DNA of 64,000 bases, taken from positions 300,555 through 364,554 of IMG/VR virus record IMGVR_UViG_3300042350_002797; one strand, 5' to 3'. The notes under the pieces are model-generated. The model was not told where the DNA came from. It made no database searches and saw only the letters and a list, made by a program, of their open reading frames with translations. This document shows positions 1 through 9,728 of this stretch, one piece after another. How positions within the stretch are numbered: position 1 is the first letter of the stretch; each line of letters begins with the position of its first letter. The position numbers were made by a program, and so were the translations under genes.

Positions 1-1
1 A

Positions 2-214
2 ATCCGTACAGACATTTTAGCAATGGCCAAGGATCTTGTTGCTCAGGAATACACTTATAAATTCCAAGGTTGGGAAATGAGTGCTAAACGTGACGAAAAA
101 ACAGGTCAGATCGTTACTACGGTTGGTATGCCAGAAATTCCAGGTCTTGACAAAGTTCTTGAAACAGCTGAAAAGATGTATAGCTTTGTAAATCAAGGCA
201 CAGGTAAAAAATAA
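2..214 (+). CDS. Hypothetical phage protein, 5'-truncated by the window edge
   Basis: Frame is open from position 2 (IRTDILAMAKDLV...) to TAA at 214 and is followed by a terminator. Confidence 0.7.
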   Translation: MRTDILAMAKDLVAQEYTYKFQGWEMSAKRDEKTGQIVTTVGMPEIPGLDKVLETAEKMYSFVNQGTGKK

Positions 215-244
215 TCCTGTATAACAGTAAGTTGTAAAAGCAAT

Positions 245-270
245 AAAGGGCTCTTAGGAGCCCTTTTTTA
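245..270. terminator. Bidirectional intrinsic terminator
   Basis: aaagggctc-ttag-gagcccttt hairpin with an A-run before and a T-run after, between convergent genes. Confidence 0.85.
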
Positions 271-273
271 TTA

Positions 274-471
274 CTAAAAAGTTTTATTTGGAGTAATATA
301 ATCTCTAAAACTACAACTACCTGTTATTTGAGTATTTTTTAAGTACAGTGCTTGCATAGCTTTAGCTAACTCTTTTTGGCATTCAGATTCAGAAGTGTAA
401 AAGTTTTGAACACTTCCTTTATGTCTATAAGGGGGTTCTGAACTTAAGACTATAATAAGTAAAAGCCACAT
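274..471 (-). CDS. Small membrane-anchored two-Cys protein
   Basis: MWLLLIIV hydrophobic N-terminus; ..ESEC.. and ..GSC..; ends TAG-TAA-TAA. Confidence 0.7.
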   Translation of the reverse strand: MWLLLIIVLSSEPPYRHKGSVQNFYTSESECQKELAKAMQALYLKNTQITGSCSFRDYITPNKTF

Positions 472-474
472 GTT

Positions 475-1113
475 TTATTCCCATGCTACCATCTTAAATC
501 GTTCTCGGGGTATGCCAAAGTAGTTACACTTCCACTCACTCTGCGCAAAGAAATCTAAATGATGCCATTCTTCTTTACGTCGTAATACATTTACGGCTGC
601 ATCTTCCCAATCAATGTTAGACAGTATAGGTTCCACACATTGTTTCATATCTAACATTTCTTCATAATTGAATCCATCATACTCCCAATGTAGCAATTCA
701 AAACAATTGCCGTAACAGTCCACATAATCCATACTGTAATCTAATCCCCATTTAGGACGTAAGCTGATCAGTTGCCATATACGAGGAAAGTATTTGGTCC
801 ACATTTTAAGTTGACTCAGTGCTTCATCTTTGTATCCCTTACGTTCAAATAGCAAACTATGATTTAGAATAGCACCTTCTAGTTTGTCTGATTGATCAAA
901 CCAAGGTTGTTTGATTGCTGTGCGGTGATTGCGATGTGCCTGTGTTTCAGTTAGATTATACTTGGCATACATCTTTTCCAATTCAGTTAGGTCGTAGCCG
1001 TTTTGATCAAACAGTTCTAAGTGATGTATCTTAGGAGCGAAGTATTCTGTTATAGGAACGGTCCAGTGACCTTCTGCGTTCCAGGAGTTGTTGGTTAAAA
1101 TTACATCTTTCAT
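475..1113 (-). CDS. Hypothetical protein
   Basis: ORF; likely start is ATG 1113, overlapping the stop of the upstream gene (ATGA). Confidence 0.7.
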   Translation of the reverse strand: MKDVILTNNSWNAEGHWTVPITEYFAPKIHHLELFDQNGYDLTELEKMYAKYNLTETQAHRNHRTAIKQPWFDQSDKLEGAILNHSLLFERKGYKDEALSQLKMWTKYFPRIWQLISLRPKWGLDYSMDYVDCYGNCFELLHWEYDGFNYEEMLDMKQCVEPILSNIDWEDAAVNVLRRKEEWHHLDFFAQSEWKCNYFGIPRERFKMVAWE

Positions 1114-1514
1114 TTGACAATTGGTCCGCCGGTGATCCAAAGTTCACAACTACGCTCGCCTGCACATTTAAAATGTAGTAGAGTACAATAACCCAAGTCT
1201 GCTGCTTCACGAGTCTTTTCTGCTTGGTATGCTTCGGCGCCCATGCCATCGTGTATACACTTATACATAGCATCCGTGATGTTAAAGGCAGCACAGTTAG
1301 CACACTTCATAGTTTTGGCGGTCTTTTCAATAATGCCCCATTGCTTGGCACTGTCTTTCCAGTATGTGCCTGGCTCGTCTGGGTTAGCAGGACCGTAGTG
1401 ATGTTTATCTATAGCAGTCTGTCTGTTCTTGACATTGACTTCTAGATCGTATGTAGCTATGGGACAGCCTTTGTTGGCTGCTTCTACTATGTTAATATAT
1501 TTTCTGTAGATCAT
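1110..1514 (-). CDS. Cys-rich hypothetical protein (possible metal/Fe-S binding)
   Basis: CANC...GYC...FKC...SCELW; translationally coupled to neighbours. Confidence 0.7.
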   Translation of the reverse strand: MIYRKYINIVEAANKGCPIATYDLEVNVKNRQTAIDKHHYGPANPDEPGTYWKDSAKQWGIIEKTAKTMKCANCAAFNITDAMYKCIHDGMGAEAYQAEKTREAADLGYCTLLHFKCAGERSCELWITGGPIVK

Positions 1515-2830
1515 CTCTGTTCAATCCAAGTCATTGCGGCCAAGGCCGCTTTGTTAGTGTTAGGACAGGCTATGGCCAATGTCAGTGTGTCGCTGACTGT
1601 GCCTAGACTGCCACGGCCAAGTTGATACACAGTATCTCTGTCTAGTCTGATGCCCGTGCCGCCACCACCAGCAATCACAAAACCACTGTCAAGATCAATA
1701 CCATTGGTATAACTGGTAGCACTAACATCGTATTGTGTGAATGCGTTGACATCGGGCATGTTTATAAAGTTAGCACCAGTTAAAGTAGCATTACGAACCA
1801 GTTTATAAAATACTGAAGTGTTGTCTATAGTAGCCGCTTGGAAGAATGTGGGCAACACGATTCCTTTCAGTGCAGAACTTTTTAATCTAATGCTGAGTAT
1901 GGGATAGAAAGTGTTGGCTGAGGCCATAGTGCGGCCTGTAATAGGACCAGTAACGTTCTGTGCGATACCCAGTTTGGTCGCTTCACCTTCTGATATAAGA
2001 CTGTTGGATCCTTGATAGAGATAGTGTGTGCCTGCTACACCTGTGAGATTTTCTATCTCTAGTCTAATGGGCAGGAATGGCGTTGAACTCCAAGGCACAG
2101 TGGCGATATTAGCGTGGTTGAATGTGTGTATGATATGTGTGAATCCATCAATCACATAGCCTATGGCAATCTGTCCAGCACCATACCACTCATATTCAAA
2201 ACTCACCATTTGAACTTTGTCAGGGTCGGCTGTTATGCCACTGTTACCTAGGCCATCTAATCGATCGCCGTTCCATTGGCTGCGTGGCACACGATTTTCA
2301 ACCAATATGCCTGATGTACTGGTACGCACTACCACATTATATTCTGGTAGTCCATCAGCACCTATGACTCCTGCGTCTTCAAAATAAAATCCATTGGCTT
2401 CATCAAATAGGCCAATGCGTCTGCGTATACCTGTTACTGGTGTTTGAAATCTCACAGCATAGGTCAACGAACTACTGCGTCCTGGAATATATCGCATGAC
2501 ATTGCGAGTCTGACGTATGACTTTGGATCCTAGTGTGTTAGTCACTGCCATATCCACCCAGTTGGTATTAGTGTTCCAAGTGGCGAATCCACCGTTAGCT
2601 GTTGCTTCATCCCAGACATCTGTTTCTTTGCCGTATTGGAACGTGTTGAAGAAGTCAGTTTGATAGTTTGATATCTTTAGTCTATTCTTGCTGGTATAAC
2701 CTGCCTGGCTGTCGAGAGTTCTGACAGTTGGCCGACCTTCAGCATCGTAGGTCATGGCCATGGTTAGGTCATTGGTGTTCGGCTCGTATGAATGAACGTA
2801 GTTGGTGCTGTTAGGATACATGTTACCCAT
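1511..2830 (-). CDS. Putative virion structural protein (beta-rich)
   Basis: 439 aa, Thr/Gly-rich, located in the late minus-strand operon. Confidence 0.6.
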   Translation of the reverse strand: MGNMYPNSTNYVHSYEPNTNDLTMAMTYDAEGRPTVRTLDSQAGYTSKNRLKISNYQTDFFNTFQYGKETDVWDEATANGGFATWNTNTNWVDMAVTNTLGSKVIRQTRNVMRYIPGRSSSLTYAVRFQTPVTGIRRRIGLFDEANGFYFEDAGVIGADGLPEYNVVVRTSTSGILVENRVPRSQWNGDRLDGLGNSGITADPDKVQMVSFEYEWYGAGQIAIGYVIDGFTHIIHTFNHANIATVPWSSTPFLPIRLEIENLTGVAGTHYLYQGSNSLISEGEATKLGIAQNVTGPITGRTMASANTFYPILSIRLKSSALKGIVLPTFFQAATIDNTSVFYKLVRNATLTGANFINMPDVNAFTQYDVSATSYTNGIDLDSGFVIAGGGGTGIRLDRDTVYQLGRGSLGTVSDTLTLAIACPNTNKAALAAMTWIEQR

Positions 2831-2833
2831 AGA

Positions 2834-3292
2834 TTAACTCCAAGGGCGGCCTTTTTTAAGACCTCCAACATTAGCATTATCTACCACAGTGTTGCCTGAA
2901 TATTTTGTTGGTAGGTTATCTCTATCGTAAGTGTTACCTAAACGATAATAACCTACTGTTACACTGCTGTCATCGCCCGGAGTACCTCTACGCTTTAACT
3001 GTGCTATTTCTAGTTTTTGTATTTGTCTACGCTCTCTGCTACCACTTTGCTCCGGTGTACAAATAATTAAATCACCGTCGACTATACCTGCTGCTGCACA
3101 GGTAGTAGAACTATCTCCTAGAGCTATGCTATTAATACTAGGATTTCCTTCTACACTAATGTTATAGTAGTCTGTAGGAAGCCCTTCGTCTCCAGCAATA
3201 GCTGTAATCAAATCATCCAAGGTTGCTGTAACCAGATCAATAGTTACATCATCTCTTATACCAGTCAGTCCTTTATAATACAGTGTAGCCAT
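2834..3292 (-). CDS. Protein with N-terminal ubiquitin-like (beta-grasp) domain
   Basis: LYYKGLTG...TLDDLITAIAGDEGLPTD...G...D..T....GI..GD.I aligns by eye with ubiquitin IFVKTLTG...TIENVKAKIQDKEGIPPD...G...DGRTL..YNI. Confidence 0.55.
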   Translation of the reverse strand: MATLYYKGLTGIRDDVTIDLVTATLDDLITAIAGDEGLPTDYYNISVEGNPSINSIALGDSSTTCAAAGIVDGDLIICTPEQSGSRERRQIQKLEIAQLKRRGTPGDDSSVTVGYYRLGNTYDRDNLPTKYSGNTVVDNANVGGLKKGRPWS

Positions 3293-3627
3293 TATTGCTC
3301 CCTATAAGGATTATGTTGATGTGCTGGATACATACTAGAGTGAGCAGTTCTAATGTCAGCAGGATGCTTTGGTTCGTTAGGGCCACCGCCAGCGTCTGTG
3401 GTTACAGAACTTACAGGAGCGTATTGAGGATTAGGAGCGTTGCTTAAAGGACTCATTTCTCCTGGATCTTGCAAGCCTGCAATCTGCTTCATTCTACGAA
3501 CTTCATCATCATAAGGATTGCTGTCGGATTCTGGTTCAGGTTTCACAACTATAACAGGTTCCGGAGCAGGGTTTTCTGCCTGATCCAGCATCTGTAATAC
3601 TGCTTGTATAAGTTCTTGTGCTCGCAT
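3292..3627 (-). CDS. Pro-rich hypothetical late protein
   Basis: ORF with GAGG RBS and TAAATA upstream; MRAQEL N-terminus. Confidence 0.7.
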   Translation of the reverse strand: MRAQELIQAVLQMLDQAENPAPEPVIVVKPEPESDSNPYDDEVRRMKQIAGLQDPGEMSPLSNAPNPQYAPVSSVTTDAGGGPNEPKHPADIRTAHSSMYPAHQHNPYREQ

Positions 3628-3645
3628 AATATATCCTCTATTAGA

Positions 3646-3651
3646 TATTTA
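3646..3651 (-). promoter_or_regulatory. TAAATA late-promoter-like motif (representative copy)
   Basis: The same hexamer occurs ~4-35 nt upstream of starts at 12139, 22605, 33386, 33676, 35144, 38339, 39197 (-) and 49973, 52599, 53871 (+), without a -35; resembles the T4 late promoter TATAAATA. Confidence 0.6.
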
Positions 3652-3666
3652 GCAGGGCAAAAAACT

Positions 3667-4530
3667 TTAATAATATCTGTGTGCTTTTAGATATTCTAAG
3701 TATTCTTCTACGCCCTGTTTTAAAGTTCTAAACTTGCTAATATCTATTCCGGCAAATGTAAGAGCACTTGTGTCTGCTTGTGTCCAAGTTTGATACTGTT
3801 TTTGTAAATCCTCAGGCATATCAATATATTTCTTTTTACCTTTTAAATTTTTCAGCATTTGATCAGCTACAGTTTCAAAATTATGCGCCGATCCTGTGCC
3901 TACGTCATACACACCAGGTTTGTAATTATTCATAAAATGCCAAATTACCTGAGCCACATCTTCTACATAGATGAAGTCTCTATAATAAGACATACTTTCT
4001 TGGAATAATTTTAATTGTTTATCTTGTTGTAGCTGATTATACCAATGAAATAGTGTACTAGCCATACGCCCTTTATGATATTCATTTGGGCCATACACAT
4101 TAAATAATCTTAGAATTACAGCGTTGTCTAATTCTTGTTCACTTACATATTTGCTAAATGCATATTGACTAGCAGGTCTATTATCTCCTAGTCCGTAAAC
4201 TCCTGCACTGCTGGTAAAGATAAAAGGTATATTCTTATACTGGCACCAATTATACCATTCTCGTGTGCTTAGTACGTTTCTATTGTAATAATCTTTCCAA
4301 TCTTTGTCTAAGGTACTAGAATTGGCACCAATGTGTATAACACAGTCTACGTCTACACCCCAGTCATCTGATCCTAACAACATCTTATACTCTTTGCCTA
4401 CGAGATTTTTATATTGTTCTGGATGAGGCAAGTCATCAAATATGATAATATCACTAATACCCTGTTGGTTAAGATATCCTAATACTACACTGCCAATAAA
4501 TCCTCCGGCACCTGTAAGTGCTATCTTCAT
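3667..4530 (-). CDS. hldD: ADP-L-glycero-D-manno-heptose 6-epimerase-like SDR
   Basis: GAGGFIG, HIGANSST, YAFSK, FNVYGPNEYHKGRMAS, RDFIYVEDV, YQTWTQAD. Confidence 0.85.
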   Translation of the reverse strand: MKIALTGAGGFIGSVVLGYLNQQGISDIIIFDDLPHPEQYKNLVGKEYKMLLGSDDWGVDVDCVIHIGANSSTLDKDWKDYYNRNVLSTREWYNWCQYKNIPFIFTSSAGVYGLGDNRPASQYAFSKYVSEQELDNAVILRLFNVYGPNEYHKGRMASTLFHWYNQLQQDKQLKLFQESMSYYRDFIYVEDVAQVIWHFMNNYKPGVYDVGTGSAHNFETVADQMLKNLKGKKKYIDMPEDLQKQYQTWTQADTSALTFAGIDISKFRTLKQGVEEYLEYLKAHRYY

Positions 4531-5285
4531 TGTATTTCCTCTAAAGTTGGAGCATATACTCCGATGTGCTGCACAGTAATGCTACTAGCTCGAACAGCAA
4601 ATGGAATAGATTTTTTTATACTACCTTGTTCTAGATATGCGTAAGTCAATGCGGCGAGAAAAGTATCTCCGGCGCCGCATACATCTGCTACTTCTATTTC
4701 AGGAGTAGAGTATATAACATCTTTATATTTTGCACCTCGAGAACCCAGAGTAATAATTAAATCTGTACATTCGCTCTCTGCTTCTTTATATTCTTTTTCG
4801 TTTATTTTAACAAAGATGCCTTCAAAATGTTGAAGATCAGTCATTTTAGTATCCATAAAAATAGGACCATTGAATTTTTGTTTAATTTTACTTACTACTG
4901 TATAATCTACAGACCCTTTAGCATAATCACTAATTACTACAGCATCATAGTTATTGATAGTTTTACAATCTATTTTTACCGGTCTACTGGTTTGATCTTG
5001 ATCTACTCTAATCAATTGCTGTTTACTTCTAATATCTATTAATCTAGTTTTAATACAAGTTTTAGCCCCATGTATAAAATCCACATGACATCCTAAACGT
5101 TGTAAATTTGTCTGTACATTAGCTGCCATACCTGGTTTAGTTTCTGAATATTTAAAATCAAAAACAGGTACAGGTCCTTCTGGACTTATTCTTGTAACGT
5201 CCCCATATTGATATTGATCAATACCATTATCCCCGATTAATAATATCTTGTATTGTTTTTGTAGTTGAGTGTTCTGTTCTATCAT
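4527..5285 (-). CDS. hldA: Heptose-7-phosphate kinase-like PfkB enzyme (HldE kinase domain, stand-alone)
   Basis: GDVTRISPEGPVPV, PGMAANV, ISDYAKG, DVCGAGDTF. Confidence 0.85.
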   Translation of the reverse strand: MIEQNTQLQKQYKILLIGDNGIDQYQYGDVTRISPEGPVPVFDFKYSETKPGMAANVQTNLQRLGCHVDFIHGAKTCIKTRLIDIRSKQQLIRVDQDQTSRPVKIDCKTINNYDAVVISDYAKGSVDYTVVSKIKQKFNGPIFMDTKMTDLQHFEGIFVKINEKEYKEAESECTDLIITLGSRGAKYKDVIYSTPEIEVADVCGAGDTFLAALTYAYLEQGSIKKSIPFAVRASSITVQHIGVYAPTLEEIQ

Positions 5286-5625
5286 AAAATATTACCTTAG
5301 GAACATGTTGTTCTCCTACAATACTACGACCTCGATAATCACTGCCTTTTACCATTATGTCTGGTTTGTATTCTTTAATAATGTTGATTAATTCTTCCTT
5401 AGAATCAAATAACATCACAGTGTCAACTGTTCTTAAATTATACAACATAAACCTTCTATCATCTTGATTATTAATTGGTCGAGTATTGCCTTTTAGTTCT
5501 TTAACTCTACGATCTGTATCGATACAAACTAATAATTGATCTCCTTGACTTCGTGCAAATTGCAATAGTTCCAAATGTCCTCTATGCAATATGTCAAATG
5601 TACCATTAACTATTACTTTGCTCAC
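5227..5625 (-). CDS. hldC: Heptose-1-phosphate nucleotidyltransferase-like (HldE domain II, stand-alone)
   Basis: NGTFDILHRGH (HxGH), LKGNTRPIN, KPDIMVKGSDY, STT. Confidence 0.85.
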   Translation of the reverse strand: MSKVIVNGTFDILHRGHLELLQFARSQGDQLLVCIDTDRRVKELKGNTRPINNQDDRRFMLYNLRTVDTVMLFDSKEELINIIKEYKPDIMVKGSDYRGRSIVGEQHVPKVIFYDRTEHSTTKTIQDIINRG

Positions 5626-5989
5626 TTTGACTATCTCCTGGAGCGATACGATAATTGTCTTCTACTGAATCAGCAGTGCTAACTTCGAAAATTATGCTGT
5701 TAGGTTGCAGTGCTTCTAATTGATGCGGCTGTAAAGGAGGATTGTGCCATACATCTCCTTCCTTAAGCAATTTTTCATGCATAGTGGCTGTTTTGGTATC
5801 TATATATCTAAGCATAAATTGTCCTGCATTTACAAACCAAGTTTCATCTTTTTCCTTATGAAAATGCATACTGAATTTAGCTCTAGCACGTTCAAACACC
5901 ATAAGTTTTCCACAATACTTGTCGTTAGTGGCCCAAATAATTTCATAGCCCCAACCTTTCTTAACCATACCTTCTAATCGTTGTGTCAT
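5606..5989 (-). CDS. Cupin sugar isomerase-like protein
   Basis: KGWGYE, SMHFHKEKDETW, PHQLEA, EVST cupin motifs. Confidence 0.7.
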   Translation of the reverse strand: MTQRLEGMVKKGWGYEIIWATNDKYCGKLMVFERARAKFSMHFHKEKDETWFVNAGQFMLRYIDTKTATMHEKLLKEGDVWHNPPLQPHQLEALQPNSIIFEVSTADSVEDNYRIAPGDSQSEQSNS

Positions 5990-8900
5990 TGTTTTTTCCT
6001 AAAATAGTAATCACCATCAGGCCCATTAGTACAAAATTGTCCAAGATTTTCAAAACCCAAAGATTCCATATAGGTTATTACTTCATCTTTTAAAGGAGCC
6101 CCTTTATTATATTCTACACTTTGACATTCTAAAATAACATGATTACAATTGGATAGAGTTTCTTGAGCACCTTTTAATACATCTAATTCAGCACCTTGCA
6201 CATCCATTTTGATTAAATCTGGTTTAGGTAATTTTTTTAAATTCACTACAGCATCTAAGGTAACAGTAGTATACTGTCGTCTATGACTGTCATTAAAGTA
6301 TTCATGTGCTTCAGCATTGACTTCTATGTTTTCTCTATAATAACTGTTACCGCCTGGATGATAAGTGTTTTGATAGAAATCTACTTGTCGACCAGTAGTG
6401 TCACTAAGAACTCCAATATGATATTGTAAATTTTGTTCTTTATAGATAAATTCACATTCTGGCATAGCTTCAAATACAACATATTCCGAGTCAGGCCAAA
6501 TACGTCGAGCTTCGTTGGTCCAGTGTAATACACATGCACCTATATCATAGACTACTTTAGGCTCTATAGATAAAGTTTTTAAATATTCTACATGCTGGTA
6601 TGGAATTAATCTTTGACTGCCTAATTCTCTTAATCGATCTGTATAATCTGTAATTTTGGGAATCGGAGCAACTTCTGGCGTAATGTTAAAATGTGTTTGA
6701 CCTATATGGCTACATACAATACTAGTATCTGCCCAAATAGTAAATCCTTTATCTTTAGCTTTGCGACAAAAATCTATATCTTCGCTAATTGTATGGCTAT
6801 GATCTAGTGCAGGATAATACATAAATTGTGGATATCCAATTGATCTAAACACTTCCGATTTAACTAGTACACAGCCAAACCCGCAAGCTGCTATTTCCAC
6901 TACGCCTCGATTTTGTATTTTATAGTAAGGTATATGATTCACACCACCAGTATTATTGTTTTCATATACTTCTAGTATTTGCTCAGGTTTACGTTGTCTG
7001 TAAATTCCAGTGACTACATCTTTGTTATGACTTAATAGTTTTTGTAATGTATCAGGAGCGAATGCCATATCTGCATCTACTGCCCAAAGATAATCGTATC
7101 CTTTGACTGCCCAATCTGCAATAAGATTGCGAACTTGATCTACTCTATATCCATAGAAGTACTGAAATGTGGTTTGGTAATCCTCGGGTATTATCTGATC
7201 GTAGATGCTCTTGAATGTCTCCGGCTCTATATTCCTGGCTGTGGGTATGGCTATTAGTATCTTTTTTTTTAACATAGTAGGTTTACTTATAATGTTTCTT
7301 GCTGTACGATTTTGTTCTTCTGCATTAACTTTGTAATCATTTAACGGATTGGTATCATTATAATTGTACACTATATCCTGTAAACATGCAACTTTATTTG
7401 GATCAGCTTGTTCAATTAGTGCATAAAATACTGCGCCATCTCCTCCTGCCCTGTACCATTCATTGTTTTCATTTTGAAATAAACTATCATCACAATTATC
7501 TATGAGATATTTCTTAAATGTTCTTAAATGAGTGTAAGGTAAAATCCAATTAAAATGGTGCTGTCTATATGTTTTGCTTTGTTTTACTTCTTCAGGATAT
7601 GGTTGGCTGATTAGGGGTATGTTATCAACCATACTCCAACAACTGCCATATGTAAATTCTAGATTGTCACTGTACAACGTATTGTAGTATGATAAAATAG
7701 TGTTGTCATTTATTAGGCTGTCGTCGCCATCTAGAATCATTATAATGCTGTTTTGTTCTAATGTTCTAAACAATTCTACTTGATTACGTACAGCACCTAG
7801 ATTTTGTTCATTAACAATCAGTGTTATCTTATTTTGTATATGTTGTGGTAAACTATCAATAAATCTATAGGCTACATCTACAGTATCATCTGTGCTAGCA
7901 TCATCTATTAAGTAATGATGATAGTTGTCATAGTCTTGACAGATTACACTTTCTATACAACGTTCAATGTAGTTTCTATTATTATAGAAAGTGCTGACTA
8001 TATTGATCTGCTGTTCTGTATTAGATTTATAGTTTTCTAACTCTACAACATTATGATAACGTCTATTATAAACTTTATGTACTCTACGATTTATTTTACT
8101 AACTTGACGATATTCTTCTAGGCTAAGATATAGTCCACAGGTTTTATAGAAAAACTGTTTCCATTGTAATGCCACAGTGTCCCATCCTGCTATAGGCTTG
8201 ACTACATTACAATAGTATTGTTTTTGTTGATGTAGATAAGTGTTATGATACGCCTGTACAGTTTGCTCGACAAATTTTTTAATTTGAGCTTCTCGATTTA
8301 TATCTGTGAAAAGAGAATTAGGTTCTATGGCATAATCAATAAGATAGCAACTACCTTCCAAGGCAACTTCTTCCAGCGCACCAAATCTACAAGTTATTAC
8401 TGGTGTGTTATAACATATACTTTCTAGTGTACTGATACCAAATGTTTCGGGAAAAGCAGCAGGATATATCATAAAGTTAGCAGCAGCTAATCTATCTGCT
8501 ATTTCACTCTGAGGAATGATACCTGTGAATTCTATATCTAGTTGTGCATTAGCAGGGTCATTGGCCATTTGACGCCAATCTAATTCTTGTTGGTCTGGTT
8601 GGCCATTTACTGTAAATCTATAATAGCCGCCTATTACAGTAAGTTTAGCTTCAGGTAATTGTTGTTTAACTCTAGGCCATATGTCTTTAACTAAAGGAAT
8701 CATACCTTTGGTTACACTGGCATTATAAACGAATCTGTTAGGATCTTTGGCTTTTATGTCGACTTCTTGTTTGTGCAAGTGAGCACCGTTGCGTGTGATA
8801 AAAGTTTTGTTTTTAAGAACTTCAAAGTTTCGTCTACGTCCGTGATGGCAATTTAGTACATAGGTCAAGTGCCAATCGCTGAGAGTAAAGATAGTAGTAA

Positions 8901-9336
8901 TTTTATTTGAAGTTGTTAGTTCTTCAATAAAATTATCGCCAAGACAAAATGTATCGTGCATCCATAGGATACGCTGTTTGGCCTTGCTTAGAATTCTTTC
9001 ATAGATGTTCTTACTGGCAAATGGTAGTGCTCTACTATCACCTACCTGTTGGAATTGATTATTGGTTAAGAATGGAATTACAGTTCTACTGCTGATCACA
9101 ATATCAAAATCATAATCATTGGATAGTGCTGATAATGGCAAGTAATTCACACCGTCGTATTGACCAGGTGTTGCATGATCCAAATTACAGTTATTGAACA
9201 CTGTAACTTCAAAATTTAATTTGGCAAGTTCTTTACTGATGTATGTTACGGCACTTTCTGAACCGCCAAGACCTTGTTTAAAAACGGTTGAGCCGTCGTA
9301 AGGTATACCAATTATATCTATAATAGCTAATTTCAT
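5986..9336 (-). CDS. Multidomain GT4 + GT2 + GT2-like + FkbM methyltransferase
   Basis: GGSE...PETFGISTLE (GT-B); LIDDASTD...LDGDD (GT-A); IAIPT...VDADM...GFGCVL...SEDIDFC (GT-A); YDIGA...IKMDVQGAELDVLKG (FkbM). Confidence 0.85.
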   Translation of the reverse strand: MKLAIIDIIGIPYDGSTVFKQGLGGSESAVTYISKELAKLNFEVTVFNNCNLDHATPGQYDGVNYLPLSALSNDYDFDIVISSRTVIPFLTNNQFQQVGDSRALPFASKNIYERILSKAKQRILWMHDTFCLGDNFIEELTTSNKITTIFTLSDWHLTYVLNCHHGRRRNFEVLKNKTFITRNGAHLHKQEVDIKAKDPNRFVYNASVTKGMIPLVKDIWPRVKQQLPEAKLTVIGGYYRFTVNGQPDQQELDWRQMANDPANAQLDIEFTGIIPQSEIADRLAAANFMIYPAAFPETFGISTLESICYNTPVITCRFGALEEVALEGSCYLIDYAIEPNSLFTDINREAQIKKFVEQTVQAYHNTYLHQQKQYYCNVVKPIAGWDTVALQWKQFFYKTCGLYLSLEEYRQVSKINRRVHKVYNRRYHNVVELENYKSNTEQQINIVSTFYNNRNYIERCIESVICQDYDNYHHYLIDDASTDDTVDVAYRFIDSLPQHIQNKITLIVNEQNLGAVRNQVELFRTLEQNSIIMILDGDDSLINDNTILSYYNTLYSDNLEFTYGSCWSMVDNIPLISQPYPEEVKQSKTYRQHHFNWILPYTHLRTFKKYLIDNCDDSLFQNENNEWYRAGGDGAVFYALIEQADPNKVACLQDIVYNYNDTNPLNDYKVNAEEQNRTARNIISKPTMLKKKILIAIPTARNIEPETFKSIYDQIIPEDYQTTFQYFYGYRVDQVRNLIADWAVKGYDYLWAVDADMAFAPDTLQKLLSHNKDVVTGIYRQRKPEQILEVYENNNTGGVNHIPYYKIQNRGVVEIAACGFGCVLVKSEVFRSIGYPQFMYYPALDHSHTISEDIDFCRKAKDKGFTIWADTSIVCSHIGQTHFNITPEVAPIPKITDYTDRLRELGSQRLIPYQHVEYLKTLSIEPKVVYDIGACVLHWTNEARRIWPDSEYVVFEAMPECEFIYKEQNLQYHIGVLSDTTGRQVDFYQNTYHPGGNSYYRENIEVNAEAHEYFNDSHRRQYTTVTLDAVVNLKKLPKPDLIKMDVQGAELDVLKGAQETLSNCNHVILECQSVEYNKGAPLKDEVITYMESLGFENLGQFCTNGPDGDYYFRKKQ

Positions 9337-9373
9337 GCTATTATATATGCTTAGATATTTTATATTTGTGCTA

Positions 9374-9727
9374 TTATGACATATACCAAGTCTGAACAGG
9401 ATCTTCGTTGATCACAATCGGACTGGCTTTAGTGTAAATGAAGGTACTGGCTTGATACTGTAAATTCATAGAAGGCACAGTGAATCCTGATTGTGCGGCA
9501 TTACCAGCTGATGGTAATAGTACAAGATCCGCATTGCCTATCGTAAAGAATTCTGTGGTTAAATTTACACCAAGGCTAGTAGTAGGTACACGCCACAGAT
9601 ACTCGGAGATAGTAGGCTGTGTAACACTGATTATTTCATTATCATCGACCGTGGTGAATTCGGTGCTAGGATTTTCTCCTAAAGATGCACTAGGAGTAGT
9701 TAATCCAAATGGTGCTGGTATAGCCAT
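9374..9727 (-). CDS. Hypothetical virion-associated protein
   Basis: ORF in the fibre operon; internal SLGxNxxTEF duplication. Confidence 0.6.
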   Translation of the reverse strand: MAIPAPFGLTTPSASLGENPSTEFTTVDDNEIISVTQPTISEYLWRVPTTSLGVNLTTEFFTIGNADLVLLPSAGNAAQSGFTVPSMNLQYQASTFIYTKASPIVINEDPVQTWYMS

Positions 9728-9728
9728 A

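Noticed and set aside
3667-9336. Bacterial LPS locus / host contamination
   Set aside because: It is contiguous and co-oriented with phage fibre genes, has the same composition, and has no flanking chromosomal genes.
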